From Camelus dromedarius (lineage: Eukaryota): a DNA stretch of 64,000 nt. The position numbers and the translations under genes were made by a program. The notes below the pieces were generated by a model, which saw only the letters and a program-made list of their open reading frames with translations, searched no databases and was not told the origin of the DNA. Position 1 is the first letter of the stretch, and each line of letters begins with the position of its first letter. This document shows, piece after piece, positions 40,649 through 54,620 of this stretch. The stretch lies in assembly GCF_036321535.1 (NCBI RefSeq), contig NC_087472.1, positions 94,986,001-95,050,000 on the forward strand, in the 5' to 3' direction.

Positions 40649-41249
40649 TAGTAATAGTACCTAGACAAGAGGATGAAGTGAACACTTTATCTTGCTAGAG
40701 GAATTAGTGACGAGGCTCTTACTTTGTGCAGTATTTTATTGTATAACCTAGGCAAGCTACAAAACAACACAGGAATAAACTAGATATCTCTAGCCAGACC
40801 ATATAAATCACAGGGATCTCTAGAAATTTCTATGAGTAACTAGTGACTTTCCAACCAAGTTCATATGGGCGTATAAGCAGTTTCATTGCAACCAGGTGAC
40901 AGGTGGTTGACCATTCATGCATGTGCCCATGTTTGAACAGTCAGTGCTGCTGAATGGACTTCATCAATCTCCAAAGTATTCCACAGAAGATTTGTCATTA
41001 GGTACCAGGAATTCTAATTGCAAAGTCAACCATAATTTTTTTAATTTGCCAGTGCTTGGCTGGAATATCCAATGTGATATAACTCTTACTCTCTGGTATT
41101 TGGTTTATTTCACTATAGTAAAGTCATTTCTTACTTGTCCTTTCCCTAGTTAGATTGCATACTCCTTGAAAGTAGAGACTGTCTTTTTCATATAAATCTA
41201 CACTAGTTTTAGTTGCCAAGTAGAGGTCTATGAATGAATATAACTTTTT

Positions 41250-44180
41250 TTTTCATACATTCACCTACCAATGGACAGATGGGTTGTTTCAAGTTTTTAT
41301 TTATCATGAATAAAGCTGCTAGGAATATTCTTGTATTAGTCTTTTTGTGGACATATGTTTTAGTTTCTCTTGGATAAATACTTAGATGTAGAATAGTCAG
41401 GTTTTGATATTAAGATCGTGCAGGCCTTATAGAATGAGTTGGGAGGTATTCGCTACTCATATTTTCTGACCCTGTTTGTACAAGATTTCTTTATTTACTG
41501 TTGGAATTTGCTGGTAAAGCTTTTTCAGCATCAATTTTTCTTTATATAAAGGATTTTAGTTATGAATTCAGTTTTTATAATATGTATAGATATTCATATT
41601 TTTATTCCATCTCATATCAGTTTTGGAAAGCTGTATTCTAAGGAATTTATTCAGTTTCTCTAAGTTTTTGCATTTATTGACATCATATCATAATATCCCC
41701 CATTATCTTTTTAGTATCTTTAAGATTTGCAGTGATTTCTTTCCTTCTCTCTCTGATACTGGTAATTTTTGTTGCCTGTCTTATTTTCTAAATAAATTTT
41801 GTTAGGGGCTTATCAATTATTTTGATCTTTTCAAAGAGCTGAGTTTTGGCTTTATTGATGTGCTCTATTGTTTGCCCATTTCTATTTTGTTGATTTTTTT
41901 TTTGCTCTAACCTTTATTATTTCATCCTTCTTACTTATTATAAGTAAAATAAAGATAATTGAAAATTTTGAAATGTAGCTATGTTTCCCCTTGCTTAATG
42001 TTCTTTATCCTTCTACAAATCTGAACTTCCATCAAGTACATTTTCTTTCAGACCAAAGAATTTATTTTAGCATTTTCTGTACTACAAGTTTGCTAGAGAG
42101 GAGTACCTTACTTTTTTTCTCTGAACATTATGTTTATTAAACTCCCTTTTTCTATCTTTTTATTTTTGTATCTTAAGACTTTGAATATACCATTCCATCT
42201 TTTTCCAGCCTTTACTATTTATGATAAAAAGTGTGCCATAATCTTTATCATTCCACTGTATGTATGTATGTGTCTTTTTTTCTGGCTGCTCTTAAATATT
42301 CTGTTTTTAGCAGTTTTATCATTATATACCTGCCTGTGCTTTCTTTATATTTATCCTGTTTGAGGTTTGCTGACTTTCTTGAATCTATGGGTAGATACAT
42401 TTAATCAATTTTGGAAAGTTCTTAGTAATCACCTCTTCTGATATTCTTTCTGTTCTTTTCTTTATCTATACTTTTCTGGGATTCTAAGAACATGCATATT
42501 GTGCAACAGATATTGGATGCTCTGTTCCATTTATTTTCAGATTTTGTATTTGATTTGGATAATATCTTCTGTTTTCCTTTAAAATGACACATCTTTGCCT
42601 CAGCTATGTAGAGTCTGTGGTTAAGTCCATTAAATGAATTCTTTGTCCATAGTATTATTATATGTCCTTATTATCTTCCATTCCTTGTAAATGTTTACAG
42701 TTTATAGTTTTATGGTTTCTAGCTTTCTATTGTTAATACTTTTCCTGGCTTCAGTGAATTTCTACATCTGTTCACACATGTTACTCTCCTTTTGCACCAG
42801 TCCCTTTAGCCTATTTATCCTGGTTATTTTGTCATTGATTGGCAATTCTAGCATTTTGGCCATCACTGTGTCTGCTTATATGTTTTTATTTTTTTTATTT
42901 TTAAGGGGGAGGTAATTAGGCTCCGTTATTTATTTTTAATGGAGATACTGGGGATTGAACCCAGGACCTCGTGCATGCTAAGCAGGCATTCTACCCCTGA
43001 GCTATACCCTCCACCTCTGTGTCTGCTTGTATGGAATATTTCCTCTTTTAATCACAGGTCATTTTTTTTTTCTTACTCTTGCTTTGTGTAGTTATTTTAT
43101 ACCAGACATTACACACAAAAGAACATTAGAGACCAAAATAATACATTTAACCCCCAAATTGGGTATGTCTCTTCTCTTGAATCATCAGATTGGACAACAA
43201 ATTTAATTTACTCAATTATTGAGTGGGATTTGAACTTTGTGTTAACTTTAGTTAGGTTCAGTTTGTCACTGGCTTTCAATATTTTGAGTCAGGGATCAAG
43301 AATTTTACTTCAGCATCATCTGTGATCTGAACACTGGTAAGACAACGGACTTTTTGTTATGCTTTTCAGGCTATCATCTTTCCAGATGGGGAGAGATCAC
43401 TCTTGGTTTTGTGGTTTTGTTGCCAGATTTCTGGGTTTTTGTAAGTTTCTCTTTGCTCACCAGTACTCATCAGAAACTTTCTGCACCATCAGATAATCTC
43501 TTAGCCCTGCTGCCCTTCAGAGGGCTACTTCAGTAGACTCAGTGGGAATTCTCCAGCTCAGCCTTTCTTAGCCTTCACCAGCTGGTGTTCTACCTTAGAT
43601 CTGTGGTGCCTTGAGAGAATTTTTAACCAATGCCCTTCCTGCCCTCAGTTTGTGGAAGTCAGCTGCAGTTCACTTGAAAAAGATTTGCCTTGTCTTAGAG
43701 TGAATTCTCTCCTTTCTCCAGCTCTAAGCTCAGCCTTCAGTTGACTGCCACCTGAACACCTTAGGGATCATGTCTTTCAGCTCTCCTTCCTTGCTCTGAG
43801 ACTTCAGTGTACGTGTCAGGGAGGTTGGGCAGGTCAGGGCAGGCTTGCTCGGTGGCTGGAGCACCGCAGGATTCTGATCCAGCCTGTCATCCCACTCACC
43901 CCCCTTAAAAGTTTGTTCAAAATCTGGCTCATTTTTCCTTCACTCCATCTATGGCAGATTTCTTCTCCTACCACTGCTCCATCAAGGTGAAAGCAAATGT
44001 ATACCTCTTCTTTTCTAAGAACTCGTAACTTTCTGGAATTTAGTCTATTTGGATTTATTTGCATCCTCAGCTCCCCTATAGGTTTAAAAATTACATATGT
44101 CTAATTTATTCAGCTTGCTTGCACTGTTAAAATGGGGGTAATTGTTGCTTGAGAAATTTTATTTCCTACCCAAAAGTGAA
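41250..44180 (-). mobile_element. Long, degraded old L1M remnant
   Basis: T-rich antisense L1 motifs ('ggccttatagaatgagttggga', 'tttgatcttttcaaagagc', 'ttttggaaagttcttag'). Confidence 0.65.
42883..43016 (-). mobile_element. tRNA-Ala-derived camelid SINE (vic-1-like)
   Basis: Sense ..ggagggtatagctcaggggtagaatgc...gggttcaatcccc..; 17-bp TSD ctgtgtctgctt[a/g]tatg at 42866-42882 and 43017-43033. Confidence 0.9.
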
Positions 44181-44317
44181 CTCTCTGATGCTTTTTAAGA
44201 AACACTTGTATAATATAGCTTACTGCTCCTCTCAAACAGCCATGCCCTATTCTAGGAGCTGTCACTCATGCAAGGACCCAGTTTATCCTCTGCACATAAT
44301 TTTAAAATGTAGTTCCT

Positions 44318-44810
44318 TGGACACACCTCATTTTATTGAGCTTTACTTTATTGCACTTTGCTTTATTGTGCTTCACAGATACTGCGTATTTTACAAATTG
44401 AAGGTTTGTGGCAACCCTGTGTCGAGCAAGTCTGTCGGCACCATTTTTCCAACAGCATTTGCTCACTCTGAGTCTCTGTGTCACATTTTGGTAATTCTCC
44501 CAATATTTCAACCTTTTTATTATTATTTTATTTGTGATCTGTGATCAGTGATCTTTTGATGTTACTATTGCAAAAAGATTGTCTCACTGAAGGCTCAGAT
44601 GATAGCATTTTTTAGCAATAAAGCATTTTAAAATTAAAGTATGTATATATTTTTAGACATAATTCTATTGCACACTTAATAGACTACAGGATAAGGTAAA
44701 CATAACTTCTTTATGTACTGGGAGACTAGAAAATTCATGTGACTCAACTTTACTGCAATATTTGCTTTATTTGGTCTGGAACTAAACCCACAGTATCTCC
44801 AAAATCTGCT
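44318..44810 (+). mobile_element. Tigger1 internal-deletion derivative
   Basis: 'ttacaaattgaaggtttgtggcaaccctgtgtcgagcaagtc' (left end) joined to 'ctcactgaaggctcagatgat...ctttactgcaatatttgctttatt' (right end). Confidence 0.85.
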
Positions 44811-44869
44811 CATATTTCCAACTCAGTGGCTGATAGAAGGAAGAATAATGATATATTTTTAAGAATAAC

Positions 44870-45339
44870 ATACCTGCACTCTTTAACAAATTATTACAAG
44901 CTTGTCAGTTTAAAAACAATAGGAACATATAATCTTACAGTTATGTAGTCAAGTCTGGCCCAAGTCTCACTGGGCTAAAACCAAGGTCTCAGCAGGGCTA
45001 CGTGCCTTCTGGAGGCTCAAGAGAATATGTTTCCTTCCCTTTCCCTGCTTTTAGAGACAAGCCGTACTTCTTGGCCTGCGGTTCCTTTCCTTTGTTTTTT
45101 CCAAGCCGGCAGTGTCATACCTCACTGATCCCTAATACCTCCCTCTATAACTCTCCTCTTCTGCCTCCCAGTTTCACTTAGAAAGACCTTTGTGATGACA
45201 TTGGGCCCACGTGGATAATACAGGCTGCTCTCCCTGTCTTAAGGTCAGTTGATTAACAACCTTAATTCCCCTCTCCCATGTAAGATTCTGGGTTTCAGGA
45301 CGTGGATATATTTGGGGGGCCGTTATTCTGCCTACCACA
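44870..45339 (-). mobile_element. MLT1C/D-type LTR
   Basis: 'gtctcactgggctaaaaccaagg', 'cattgggcccacgtggataat', ends 'gccgttattctgcctaccaca'. Confidence 0.8.
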
Positions 45340-46473
45340 AGGCAACTCACATCTTGTCCTCCAAAATTCTCAGAAATTGATTAGTGTCCTCTCTTTAAGA
45401 AGACCATGCAAATTCTTCAGGAGTTTACACACACTATGATTAACCCTAATTCTACTCACATGGAGACCATTATGAAAATTTTTGAAATGTATCTATGCAA
45501 CAAAGTCAGCAGCATTTTTTTTAGCAATGTTAATAAATTTTACTGGACAGACATGTTTTCTATACTTTTATAATGCATGAATCTAAAGTAAAATGCATGT
45601 AGTAATTTAATTTTAAATTTATCTTCTTAAATAAATGAACACTTAAAAGTAAATTACACGTTAAAGTGCTTATTGTATCAAATATTTTATTGGCATGTCC
45701 TAACTAGCTTAAGGTATTATCACATGTCCCTCTGATAGGGGAAAAATATCTATGTCTTCTTTCGGAGGCAACATACTATGGGGGTAAATAATTTGCTGAG
45801 AGTTGGCTGGCAGAAAGCAAGTCATTTTTTATAATAATCCAAGCATTTTAATGGAGAGCTATTTATCACGCTTTCCTATTATCATTTGGTATTTGAACCA
45901 TAAAGGTAATTAACTAGGAATAAGTGAACCGAATAATATGCCTACACCTGTCCACCCTTTATCAGCATGACTTTATGATGCACAGTGGTAGGAGAAATAT
46001 TTTAGCTGGGAGGCAAAAAATAAAATATTAATGCTTTTAATATTGAATGCCTTTATGACTTTGGAACAATGATTCAATAATGTGAGCCAGGCCTTGGGAC
46101 TTAAAGATGTTAGGATCATACCTGAATAGCATAGTAGTTCTCTTGCCAGCCCCAAGCATTCTGACTCAAAACTTCTACCTGAAACTATCACCAAAATCCT
46201 TCACATGTTTAAATGATACCTAGCATTAGTTAGCAATAGTGTCATGCCCACTGGCTATAAAGATTGATAGCTAGAATCTGATTTTTAAGATAGTGTCTGT
46301 GAGGCTCTTGCATATTTATAGGATGGTTAATTATAAATAATTAAAATTAAAATAACAACAAACTCTCAATACAAATACCAGGCTTTTGTTTGTTTTCCTC
46401 CTTCTGAGATGATAGAACATCTAGGGGATTTTCTTTATTTTGAGATGCAACAAAATATCCTGTAGGATGAAAG

Positions 46474-46502
46474 CTTTTTTTCTTTTTCTTTCTTCTTCTT
46501 CT

Positions 46503-46535
<33 letters not shown>
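46474..46535. repeat. Polypyrimidine (CTT)n/poly(T) tract
   Basis: Directly visible; no flanking TSD seen. Confidence 0.9.
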
Positions 46536-46536
<1 letters not shown>

Positions 46537-47771
46537 AGCATTGAAACTAAGCATTGGGAGAACAACATATAGGTGTGGGCCGTGGAGAGAAAGTAGAAAC
46601 TAAAACCGAAATAAATTAACTAAATAATTTAACAAGGCCCAAACAAGTAAATAGTTTACCCATCTGCACTCACGGATATTTGACATAGGGTCAAGTTAAA
46701 GGTCAGATGTCAGAGAATAGGGAAAGCAAAGAGGAAAGAGGACAAAAAATGCAAGTCTAGAGCCATCTTTCAATCACAAGCACACACTGAGTACATCTGT
46801 ACAGCTTTATCTCAGGGCCCCTACCTGGATTTTCTCTTCTGTATGTCAGAGAGCAACTCAGGCAGATGTGTTTCTTGAGATTCCAGTGTATAACCTGTTT
46901 TGAGAATTTTTACATTAATCTATAATTTAAAATTTCAGAGTCCAAGTCACAGAATGCGTAAGTGAAGAGCCAGGTGTATCAGCCGACATTAACAGGAGGC
47001 AGATGTATCAGGGCTGACTTCAGTAAACTAGCTATGATTTTTCAGGCTGTCTGTCTCAGGTTTCACACAGGCCAGCAGTCGAGAGGGTAGTATTTTGAAG
47101 AGTATGTGCACACCCAGTCACAGGTGTCCGAAGTGAAGAAAGAGCATCCTGAGGAATCATTTCATAGAACATTTTATAGGTGAAATGCATTATTTGACAT
47201 CATGAAGAAAAATCAATAAGTTGGTGAATTGCCTTTTTTCCATTTTAAATCTTTTGTTTGGCTTTGTCCCTATCTAGCACCTAAGAAAATGTTTGGCATA
47301 CCCAGAGTCAACTTAGCAAAACAAATACAGGAACAACTGCTGTGAAAGTTCTACTATTCAGAATTGGGGGAGGGTGTGTTATACATAAGAAAAATAAATA
47401 AGGCCACCTGGTTGTTTACTCACACCTCTATAACTAGTGATATATAACTACAATGCTAATAGTTATTATTTGGCTATAATATATAAATATAGCTTGCCCC
47501 ATTCCATGAACTGCCTTAATGGTTTTATTCTAATCTTTTGTTATATAATGATGAATATGTATATGTTAAAATATATGTTACACAAAAGGCATGCATGCAC
47601 TAGCAAAAAGAAAAAATTACTACAGATGTTTGTGTTGGTATTAAGAACTGTCTTGCACTTTAAAAGGCAGTTTTTAAAATCCAAAATCTGATGAGGCACA
47701 TTATTAGATGTTTATTCACATTATAGAGCAGCAATATACTTTTGAACAGATGTAATAAGTGATTCTTAAAA

Positions 47772-48003
47772 AGACCTTCACTAATTTATTTAAAATATGA
47801 TGTAAGTCATACACACACCTTTAATCACACACACCTTTCAATCAGTATTCAACCTTTACGAAAGCAGTTATGTTGTACACACAGTTATGTTGTATTAGAC
47901 CTTCACTAATTTATTTAAAATGTGATGTAACTCACACACACACCTTTAATCACACACACCTTTCAATCAGTATTCAACCTTTACGAAAGCAGTTATGTTG
48001 TAC
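47772..48003. repeat. 107-bp direct tandem duplication with an 18-bp spacer
   Basis: Copies at 47772-47878 and 47897-48003, 3 mismatches. Confidence 0.95.
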
Positions 48004-49186
48004 CAAAGATATTCCTTTGGTATTTGTCTAGAATTGCAAAGTATCTTTTTTGAAAGACTCTTTTAGTCTCTAGAGATGTTTTCCTTTTATAAACCAAAGG
48101 AGTATGTTTACTATAATAGCATGATACAACTAAAAGTACAAAGTGATTATCCTTCTACTCAGCAAGCATAATTGTCCTTTGTTTTTATATTATCCCATCC
48201 CCTTTAAGGTCATCAGCAGTTTGGATTTTCCTTAGGGACATACATAAGAGAAGATAGAGCTCATATTTCTTAACATACAGGGAAGACATTGCATGTGCAA
48301 CCATTCAGCTATGCTTTTCATAGATTAGATATCATATTCTGCATTTACTTTTCATATACTTTTTTGGGGGGGATTATAATCACTGCTTTCTGCTCTGTCA
48401 TTATTTTGCATGTCAAATATTTGGATTTTCCATCCACTGTTATTATGTTGGGATTTTTGGTATCTTAATCACTTAATTTAAAAACTAACTTGTACACATT
48501 TTTCTTTGTTGATTTTTATCTCATCTCTCATAGCATTTTCTAATGCTAGGGAGAAAATGTTGCTTTGTCAATACAATCTGTTTTGATGTTTAAACAAAAG
48601 AGACAATTTTATTTAAATTGTTTTTTAGTTCCAGCGGCACTACACATTTGTAAATATTCTTAAACTCTGCCCTATTATTTTCCTCTGTTAAAATATGAAG
48701 TTCTGTAACACACGTAGCACAATGTGCTATGCTTCTGACATTTTCTGCCTTAACATGAGAAGCAATATAGTATGTGGAAAAGCATGAACCAGTCAGATTT
48801 AGTTTAAACCCTTGCTTTGACAATAAATAGTTGTGTGACCTAGGGCAAGTTTATTCTATAAGCTGGGGGAAACATGCCTACTCTCTGAGATCTTATGAGG
48901 TTTAAATGAAAGAAAGAATATAAAGAACTGAGCAACATTAAAGCTTTATCCTAATGCAATGAATAAGGTCCAAAGAAGTCAATCCACAGTGAATCCATGT
49001 GATGGAATAATTATGACTTTAGTGAAATAGTGCCCAGTGCAAACCAGTGCACCTAGCTGGTGGGAGCTCCCGGATTTCAATTGCAAGATTCAGACCCACC
49101 CAGTCCTACTTACATGTTGATGTCACCTGATGGGGTTTGGATATTTTGTCTTAAATATCCCTAGTGATATTTCTGCGTCTCATGAC

Positions 49187-49290
49187 TAAGGTGGCCAGGT
49201 AAAATACAGGATACCTAATTAAATTTGACTTTCAGATAAATAGTAAATCTATTTTTTTTAGTCTAAGTTTGTCCCTCAAGTACCGCACGG
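49187..49290. mobile_element. One arm of a MER53-like palindromic hAT element
   Basis: 'ggtggccaggtaaaatacaggatacctaattaaatttgactttcagataaa...agtctaagtttgtccc'. Confidence 0.65.
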
Positions 49291-49510
49291 GGAGGAGAGG
49301 AAGATAAGTAATAGGGTGAAAAGATCTTTGACTAGTTCAACAACTGAGTTTCAACAAAAGGTAATGGGCCTTAGGGCTTAAGATCATCATGTCCAGGCCT
49401 AGACTGAGGGATGCTGCAAAGCTTCCATAGAAGTCCCACATCCTAAATGGCACCACATTTGCCATGTCATGGGAAGGACAGCAGAGCACAGTAGACAGTA
49501 GAAGAGCTGT

Positions 49511-49978
49511 CAGAGGATCTTAAACTTTTTTTGTGTCACAGAGACAGTCTGGTGCCAGTGGGCTCCTTTTCAAAATATTGTTTTTAAATACATAAATTAG
49601 AAGATACGGGATTATCAAAATAATTTAAAACAAACTATGATGGTGCAGTATATTTGCTTTTGCTAAGACATTAAATAATAATAAGTAGTGGATTTAAAAA
49701 GCTCTGTAATTTTAAAATAATGGTGGGTATAAACAATAATTCTAGTTATGTGAAACAATTTTAATGTGGTATAAAAGTTAAATCTATTAGTGAAAACCTC
49801 ATAGGTACTATTAAAGCTACTATAGGATATTGCCTAAATATATAAAGGAAATGCCAAATTTTAGTTGGATATTTGTGAAAATAAAGATGTAGGATTTTTT
49901 GCAATCCAAGTGTACACATCCCATGAATTCTAGCCATGGAACCCTTAGGGTACAGTTATCCTAAGAAAAAATCCCTGA
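49511..49978. mobile_element. MER119-like hAT-Charlie element
   Basis: cagaggatcttaaacttttt...'tgtgaaaataaagatgt'...'catgaattctagccatgga'...aatccctg. Confidence 0.65.
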
Positions 49979-51279
49979 TATAGACAACAGTATTGTAGTA
50001 TAATTATATAATGTGATAAATATCACTACAATGACATTCATATTACAATGTATAAATGTATCAAAGTAACACATGTATACCTTAAATTTACACAATGTTA
50101 TATGTCAAAGATACTCAATTAAAAAAAATAATCCGTGAGATAATATACTGGCTGTCTGTGGTTTGGCGCCCCCTCCAACATTGTATTATGAAAATTTTCA
50201 AATTTAGGGCAAAATTGAAAGCGTTTTAAACACATGCATACTTCCTTCTTGGATTATATCATTAACATTTGACTGTATTTATTTATCATCTATTCATCAC
50301 TTTATCCAACCAGCAGCCCATCTTTTTCGCTAATAATTACACTGCAACGTGAATAGCAGACTTCTGTACAATTCTCCCCTAAGTATTTCAACACAAATAT
50401 CCTTATTTGTTTGAAGTTCTTATTTCTTTTGAAGTAACTGTCACACATAGTGAAGTGCATTTTACGTGGACACTTAACTAAATTTTGACAAATGCTTACA
50501 CTTGTGTAACCCAAATCTTTGTCAAGATATAGCATAAATTCCTTTGTTTTTCTTCACAATTGCTGATTTGGCTTATTTTTTGTATATGGGTGATTTGGAG
50601 GCTCCTGTGTGCCACCTCCCCACCTACTATGAAACAACAGAAAGAAACTGAAAGGGTAGGTGGACCATTAGAGAACTGGGGTTTTGAAGGTAACTGGATC
50701 AAAACTGAAAGACCATAGTCAGCAGTGATAGATGGTAGGGTTTGCCCAAAAAAGGGGTGATTCCAGCCAATTCAAGGAGAGCAAAGAACTACAGCTATAA
50801 AGGCAGGCAGCTCAGTCTGATCTCCTTTCTGTGACCAAAACAGGACTATATGAGCCTAATGTAATCGGTAGATTGGACACTGTTGCTAATACTGTCATTT
50901 AGCCAAGAATTATTCAATAACTAGGATATCTCAAATACAGATGTGGCTTTTTTGATTACTCAAGTAAAATTGACCCTCTTCTTTGTGGTGCTTCTTACCA
51001 CCTGGTATGCATGCTTATTTGTTTTGTTTCTGTGTGTTGGGCCCCGCTGGAGTAGGTTTTGTCCATTTTCATCATGGCTGCTTTTTCCAGCATTGATCAA
51101 ACAGATCAACAGCTGAGGCAGAGAAAAATAGACAAGGACTTTATTCACATAAAGATGTCTGTCTACCTTCCTGTAATAAATACTTTGTTTAATTTTTTTT
51201 CCTAAATAATGTAGAAACGTACCTCCTAGCTGTAATGGGATCATTAAGTATTCAGCTGTAAGCCTTTGGATGGTAGTTT

Positions 51280-51530
51280 GGGGTAGTAGTTAAAATGTGT
51301 GGCCTTTGAAGCCTGCCTGCCTGCCTGCCTGCCTATGTATGAGTCAACATTTCCTCCTCCTAGTGATGTGATTTTGGTCAATTTATTTAACCTCCTCCCT
51401 ATGCTTCAGTTTCCTAATCTGCAAAAAAAGGGGTAATAATAGTCCCAGATGAGATGATTAAATGAGTTAATGCATGAAAATTACTCAGGACACATATTAA
51501 CTGCATGATGCTGCTAGCTACATTATTATA
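51280..51530 (+). mobile_element. MIR with embedded (GCCT)n
   Basis: 'gcttcagtttcctaatctgcaaaaaaaggggtaataatagt', 'attaaatgagttaat'. Confidence 0.75.
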
Positions 51531-54379
51531 AGTGATTCTGCATCCAAAATTAGCAACTCTCGTCCTAGGCAGATAAAGAAATCCCTAAAAACCCTGGCTA
51601 GCAATGAAGCTTCAGATATACAGCTTTGAATTGAATAAAACCAAGAAGTCAAGTCCATTCTAGTTTAGAGCAGGTGAAAAGGACTTAATTCAGATCAAAG
51701 GAGGAAAGCTTCTATTCCAAGGGAAGCAAAGAATCTGTTGCCAGGGTATCCTAGCCCTGCAGACCCATATCAACTGGATATATCTTTAAAGAACCTATTT
51801 TTACTTAGAGTCATAGTAAAATAAAAAAAAAAAAGCTGAAAAATGAAGAAATTTAAATCTGTGCTCCATCCAGAGTTGAGAAGTGCAGGGAAACATATCC
51901 TGAGTTCTCTGAGTCTTTTCCCTCATTTATGTAATGAGAGGGTTGGACTAGACTAGACGGCATCAAGAATTATCATCAAATGATTCTGTAGCATCAGCGA
52001 CATCAGAGAATAAAGGACACAAACAACATGTCATTTTGGCAAACACAGACACAAAGGACAATTTTTAAAGGCTTTGATCTTTTTGTTTTGTTTGTGTGAA
52101 AGACAAAGATATGAGGATTAAAGTATTTCTAAGCTGCTGACATTGCTAGCAGCGGTGGTGCTGTTTTATACAATACTCCTTTGGTGCACTGTGTCTAACA
52201 CATGTCATGATGTTATCATATACATCATTTTTCAGTAATAATCAGGCAACATGAAATGTTCTGTAATAGCACACCCACAAGGAAGGGAGTGGTTTCCACT
52301 CTAGGCCAAGTGAATTGTCTTGATAATTCAAATTTACCCTTTAATTCCCAAAGTCTTAGATTAAAAAAAATCTAAGAAGCATTTGAACAATACTATGATG
52401 ACTTCAAAAATATATCAAAATTGTGAACTGTTTATAAAATGTGAAGGCTATAAATATGTGCATCAATTATTTTACCACTGTTAAAAGCATTGTTAAAAGG
52501 CAACTATAACCTGGGGGTGCTGGGGAGAAGGGTTGGAATGCACGTGACTCATTATCCACCCCAAATTTATCCATATTGCTCCTCTATATTGTTTTTTCTC
52601 AAACTATTAGAATTATTTTCTGACATCTCATGCTCTTTCAGCTTAGCAGTTATCATTTCTGATAATCATCAGTATGCCAATTTTTGAGCTTCAGTTTCAT
52701 GCTTTCCTAAGCTTCCTAAGTAAAATAATCTGAAAACCAAATAGTACAGAAAAATATTTAAAGAAAAAAGAAGGAAGGTATGAGTGATGGCCTGAGAGAA
52801 TTTTCTTTATGTTAAGGATATTGAATGTATGACATTGATTTCAAATGCTCAGAAGCTTTAAAAATAATTTCATATTTCTAAGCTACATTCTGGATATATG
52901 AGCCTCTTGAAAGAGTAAGCCTTGCATAAGTTAGTGTAATGTTCTGTGTAGTGTCACTATATAGCACATTACCTTTGGATTCAGTGATCAAATTGAATAA
53001 GAGCTTTATAGTTCATATTATATATCATTTAAACATTGGATTATCTAAATTTGAAGATGGAGAGCAAATATCTTTCCTCTGAAGTGAAAGGTCACAAAAT
53101 CACTTGAGTGCCATCCATTACAAAAACAATAGGCAATAGAATGAAAAAGAAGTTAAATTTAAGAGCATTGAAACTAAATGCCAAAACCCTTTTCCACTCT
53201 TGTGTCTTCTATCTATGACTATGAAATTCTCTGACCAATATGTATGAAATTTATCATATCAGCACGGTCTTGAAATCCCAGTGGGTGGTTAAGAATATAT
53301 ATCACCTGTGCATATATCTCCTATATGTGTCTGTGTATATATATATAATCACTTGTATCTCTCTCTCTCCAAATAATGTCCTGATCTATGGCATTAAAAT
53401 CTTTAATTATGTAAATACAAACTCATAGATTGACTATAAAATTTTTTGCTTATTTTTTATAATAATTTAAGTGTCATTTTGTCCTCATTTCCTCACTTCT
53501 ATCATCCCATCTCACTGTTTATATCTTTCTGTGTGGGTGAGTGGTAAAAGGCCTTTATTTCCTAGTATTTGTGAAATACTGTGGAAATAAAATAATTTCC
53601 AAATATCATTATGCTATAGTGATGATATGAAGTAACTATTCCCTGAAATTCAAAGTTATATCCCAGAATCTAATCTGTTATCATTTTTAGAAGTTATTGT
53701 TTTCAAGTTCTAGGTCACTTTAATATGCAGTGTATCAGAAATAGTATGAATATTATTAGAAACATCAGAAAGTATTTATTGCTCCTAAAATTAAAAAAAA
53801 TTATAAACAATTTCAGTTTATCTATATTTTTCTCTTTTGGTAAAATGATGTGATTGCAAGACAACTCTAAAAAACATTGTTTTCTATACTAACACAATTT
53901 CCTTTAACCTGTTGAGTACAAGCCAGAAATTTATTGTCTTTAAGGTTCTGTCTTCCTGAAGAAAAAAACTTATTAGTAATTCCAGAAGTTTAGTAGATGA
54001 TTTTCAAACCTCCTACCTGTAATCCAGATATATTTCATTCCTATTCAAACTAATGAGGCAGAACTGTCCTATTTATGAAAATTGTACTCTGATACATCCA
54101 AGTCTCTAGGACATACTTTTAAAATAAAACTTTTAAAATATGACAGCAAATAATATTAAAGTGTAAATACTTCTATGCCAGAAACAAAGTTGAAACATGC
54201 AGAAGAATAAATGTAACATTGAGAGTTGAAGAGATGTAATAACTTGCCTCAAAAGAGTTGATTTTGTTTCTGTCACAGCCAATTTTATCATAGCATTTCG
54301 TTACATTTCTCTTTATTTTTATTATTGGGTTTTGAATAGCTACACTTTTAATTGTCCAGTGGTAGTGGAAGACAGTAAG

Positions 54380-54620
54380 TAATAATAATAGCTACATTTG
54401 TTTAATGCCTACTATATAATGGAAATAATTTATAGTGTTTTCCAAATGCTAAGTCATTTAGCCAGTATGACAACCCTGTAAGTATTATATTAATTTTGCA
54501 GATGAAGAAACTGAAGTACAGAAGAATGAAGGAATTTGCCCTAGGTTACATGGCTTATAAGCCATAGAAGTAAGTTTGAACCCAGATAATTTGGCTCTGA
54601 GCTCAACACTCTTAACCATG
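54380..54620 (-). mobile_element. MIR
   Basis: 'ttttgcagatgaagaaactgaag', 'tttgaacccag', 'ctcttaacca'. Confidence 0.8.

Noticed and set aside
44149..44544. 131-aa ORF
   Set aside because: TTG start; runs through the non-coding left end of Tigger1, and the transposase region is deleted.
46347..46568. ORF with a poly-Lys/Arg run
   Set aside because: Translation of the poly(T)/(CTT)n tract.
47772..48003. Repeat-spacer-repeat pattern as a CRISPR-like array
   Set aside because: Only two 107-bp copies in mammalian DNA; no array and no cas genes.
49187..49290. MER53-derived miRNA-like hairpin
   Set aside because: Only one arm of the palindrome is present, so the long hairpin cannot form.
50166..50182. 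Partial CTCF-like motif (rc GGAGGGGGCGCCA)
   Set aside because: Lacks the 5' CCA part of the core and abuts an L1 remnant.
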